Shown piece after piece: positions 60,161-64,000 of a DNA stretch of 64,000 nucleotides. The position numbers and the translations under genes are program-made. Where the stretch lies: positions 37,764,401 to 37,828,400 of the forward strand of contig CM120641.1 in assembly GCA_051362555.1 (NCBI GenBank). The letters run 5' to 3'. This DNA is from Lingula anatina. Taxonomy: Eukaryota; Animalia; Brachiopoda. The stretch's first letter is position 1. Each line of letters starts with the position of its first letter. The notes below the pieces were generated by a model, which did not search any database, was not told where the DNA came from, and saw nothing but the letters and a program-made list of their open reading frames with translations.

Positions 60161-62060
60161 TGGGAGGACGTAAAGGCCTACTAGTAGGCCCTACCCTATA
60201 TATACAGTTGTATATACATTACTCAAATTTTGCGAAATATACGTAGCAATAGGTAGGCCTATTTTAATATCTAAAAAAAAGCCACGTTCTGTACTAAATA
60301 AGGGCGACCGGTCGGCGGATCCAAGAAAATAGGCTACTCGGCATTGTATATCAACGTTAGAGATATAGGCCTACATGTAGGCCTACGTCCTAATATATGA
60401 AACGCATCGCACCTTTTACCTATGCTAAATTATATCAATTAAAAAATCAAAATAAGTTTTTTTAAAAGAAATTGATGAAAATAATAATAAAAAAATAGCA
60501 CGGCCCGTTAAAGAGTAAGAATGTGTTTATAATTAATTTTCATCTTAAACGATGAATTATATCCAAAAAAAAAAAAAAAAAAAGAAAGCGACCTGGGATT
60601 AATACATGCACATGTAGGCCCACTGCACACACTATTAGGATGAACTTGCTTTATATTGCACCAGCGATTAGTATAGTACCTGGGATTTCAGATACTACTT
60701 GGAACCCACCTCCAATATGAGCACTTGTCGTTCATAAAAGATAACTGTGAACGTAAATGTATGTTGGGTGGCACTTTACTTAGGCCTACCTAAATTACCG
60801 CCAGTGCCAGTGAACACGAATGAAATCCAGGATGTGATTGTTCTTTTGATTTGGAAGTAATGCAATTGAATGTTTCATCTGCACTTCATCTTTTTCTTAA
60901 ACTGGCTGTGCTGTTGCTTAGTTCACAAGGAAAGATGTAGAATATTAGAGAAATTAAAGCGGTCCTGTCACCTATCGAACCACGCCTCCTCCCCCATAAA
61001 ACGCTAAATTTGTTTGGATAATATATAACAAGGCAAGATTTTCAGGCCTTAACTTTACGTAATTGCTATTACTCAACATTATCCAATGATATGTTCTAAA
61101 TAACATTATTCATTCTATTACGGCGATTTTTAAATAATAGCGACCGTCACCGGCCAACTTTCGAACATCATAGGCCTACTTGTGTTTGTTAATTTTGTGT
61201 GTAAACGAGGAGACATGAAGGATTAGTGTTTTTATATAATTGTCAATGTGAATAGACTAGACATATTTTAAAATTTAACATATTCTTTGTTCATGTATGG
61301 CGCTGATTTGCAATATCTTAAGCGTGTTAGCGTGTCAAAATTAAGCTTGTCTTGGAAGATGCAAATGGAGCTCATTTATGAAAAAAGATTTGTTTTTATA
61401 GATAGTTTGGAAGCGGCAAAATCACCCGAGGTTGTTGTAAAATGTAGGTTTGGATAGGTTTGATGGGCATATTTAATTTCTTCATCCCGTTTTTGTATTA
61501 TTATTATTTTAAGTGTTTTAAACTTAGTGTGAGCAGTACATAGTACTTGTCACCTGCAACCGCGTTTTCAGCATCAATCGCGTATTTTGTCACTGCCTAG
61601 TACCGGTAGTTCTTTCATCGTCACACCGTTAGTCTCAGATCGGCCCTTTGAATATTGACTTTGGTCTCCGACTCTGGTACCTGATAGTCATAGTAATGTT
61701 CACAAGATACAGGCCGACGTAGTGCTAAAATAATGCAGTTGTTATACATTCCATTACTTTCTTCACGCAACGTATCTCTTGATAATAATTTACTTGAAAA
61801 CATATAACCTGATATTTCAATGATTAGATATGTAATTCTTCTCCCTTTAGCAAACTTCCTTCTTCCTATGTTCAAAATTTTGTGCAGAAAGTTTGAGTTT
61901 TGTATTAAACAATGTAAAATTAAATATTTCAATGGGGGAAATTCAGGGGAGGGTCAGGATCAAGTTTCCTCCCTATTTAGCATTTTATTGCCCCATACCT
62001 TATTTGGTTAAATCATTATTTGTAGGAGTGAAGTGACTAAGAAGCAAATCTACAAGAATT

Positions 62061-63086
62061 ATGGCTGACACAACAATACTGGTGACAAGTGATCACTGGT
62101 GCCATCCTTCAGGTTTTATAGTACACTGGAGAATAAACTCTCCTCCTTTGTGCATTTGCTGTGTAGTTGAACTACTGAGCAGTGAAAATGTTCTGCTCAT
62201 AAAAAAGAAATTCATAGTTTCAGAATTTCTAGGTGCATTATCAGCCAGACCAAAAGAAATCATCACTTCATTGTGTACAGAATTGAGGCTTGGTGAAAGA
62301 CTTTGTGAATGTTTGTTGGGTAAAGTATTTTTAAGTACTGTCAAGCCCATAGCCAGGGATTTCAAAAAGGGAGTTTCTTTTTTTCTAAAAAAAAAGGGAA
62401 GCTCTTTCCATGGAATCTTCTTGTGCCAAAATCAAATTTTGCCCAAAGCTGACCTATTCCCCATCAAAAAAGCAGTTTGTTCTAACCCCCCAAACCCTTC
62501 CCTGGCTATGGATCTGATTACATTAATTATTTCTATTCCAAATAACCACTTATTTAAATTTCAAGAGTTTAGAGTCAACTTAATTTTAGAAAATTGACTA
62601 GCACATGGTTACATTTGTTTTCTATGTTTCTCCATTAGGCAGAAAAAATAATTTTTTTAAAAGATGTAAAGCAAAGCTTTCTCAGTCAATCAAAGGACAG
62701 TCAGTTTGTAGATATGCTTTTCACATGTCTGTGACCAGCGGAAATATCATCTTTTGTATTTCCAGGGTTCTTACAAGTTTCTGACAACACTTTTGTCCCA
62801 ATTGTAACTGAAGGTAAAGGAACTATGAAGACTTACCAGAAATTATTGCATCTTGGCCTAAGACTGCATTATTTGGTGACAGTGTATGTGATCACAGAAG
62901 TCTAGCAATTTTTCTGTATAGTTCTCTTTTTAATCTTAAAAAATAGCATACATAATGTTTTTTGTAACATTTTAATGTTTTTATTAATATTTGTTTTTAT
63001 GTTTTTTTTCAGCTGTGGTACAGTTGACATGTCTTATGCAGTCGGATCAGTTTGTTTGCTTTGTATTGGATCATATCACTCATGAG
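62061..63086 (+). CDS. MEI1: MEI1 (meiosis inhibitor protein 1)-like gene, first three coding exons; continues beyond the window
   Basis: Exons 62061-62319, 62766-62813 and 63013-63086 splice in frame to MADTTILVTSDHWCHP...PPLCICCVVELL..ENVLLIKKKFIVSEFLGAL...EAVVQLT...FVLD. This matches my recollection of the vertebrate MEI1 N-terminus (H..H...P.LC..C..ELL...V.L..KK). Not verified by a search. Confidence 0.7.
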
Positions 63087-64000
63087 GTAATCAGATAGCA
63101 ATTTTTGAATTATTTACTTAAAAACTTATTGTAAAAATTATGTGGATTTTCTCCTCTTTCCTAGAATTTCATAAGCACTGTAAAGGCAAATTACCTTAAA
63201 CCGTTAATATTCCAGTAGCAGCTATGATATATATTTATGGTTATGTTTCATCTAGATTTGTAGTTATTGTTTTCATTCTGATATCAATAAGTGTGAATGT
63301 ACCATTCAACTGTCATGAATGAATCCTCCCACATTGGTAATGGCCAAAGTTCCAGATGGGAGAGCAGAGAGCAAGTACACTTTGAAGCTTTTTCTGCAAA
63401 GCAGGAAAACCAAATAAATCATTGTTGGTTATTTTTGCCGGTGGTCTGTTGCATGATAATATAGAAAGCTAGTGATTTAAGTTTCCCATGTGCCAGTACT
63501 ATTCCATGACAGAACACACACAGGGAATATATTTACCTGTTACTAGGCTATGCAAGGCAACTTATTTATTGCAACCATACACAAAAATGGTGTGTTGCGA
63601 TGTGACTATAAAAAGTTTTGATTCAATATTGTAAAAGAATTTTTGTACCAATTAAAACACTATGATATTCACTTATGGCAGACCACAGATATCAGGGCTG
63701 GCCAGAGCATTGCCCTCCATTAATTACATCAACCTTATTTGGGGAGCAAGAAATAGTATCTTCCACCTCTCACTCAGGTGAATATTCTATGGCTGGTGGC
63801 TTTAATGCTTGTTTAATAGAAAGGGAACTGAAGCATGTGATTTTGTTCAAAAGTTGTAGGTTTATGTAATTGAATACCGATTTTTTTGCAAAAGAGTACT
63901 ATTTATGTTTTTCAAAATGATAACATTAATTTTGGTTAATAAAAATGGAAAAATGTTAATTAAAAATCTAGTGCTGATTTGCATAATTAAAGTCAGGCAG

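Noticed and set aside
62320-62597. C-terminal half of the 178-aa ORF at 62061
   Set aside because: Read-through into an intron. The coding frame leaves at the donor after 62319.

Overview
Intron-rich, AT-rich eukaryotic (animal, most likely lophotrochozoan/spiralian) genomic DNA. From left to right: a ~146-bp tandem repeat array (331-890); an intronless atonal/amos-class bHLH gene (-); a 9-exon SLC15/POT-family transporter (-) that has lost two conserved glutamates; a 10-exon secreted GH18 chitinase-like gene with a CBM14 domain (+) whose catalytic motif reads DxxDxNxE; a ~41-kb striated-muscle myosin II heavy chain (Mhc) gene (-); and the first coding exons of a MEI1-like gene (+), head-to-head with Mhc. 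The Mhc gene is the main finding. Walking the exons by hand gives 9 clusters of tandemly duplicated, phase-matched, presumably mutually exclusive exons (2x6x2x2x3x2x4x2 in the motor, x2 in the rod hinge) and 5 alternative C-terminal tailpieces, about 23,000 theoretical isoforms. There is also a catchin/myorod-type internal first exon and a second candidate internal first exon that would give a full-rod headless myosin starting MGSCQT. An 18-bp perfect anti-donor RNA element with competing helices sits at the 5' splice site of one alternative exon. Exon boundaries were read manually from GT/AG sites and frame continuity. Splicing, expression and RNA structures are inferred, not demonstrated.
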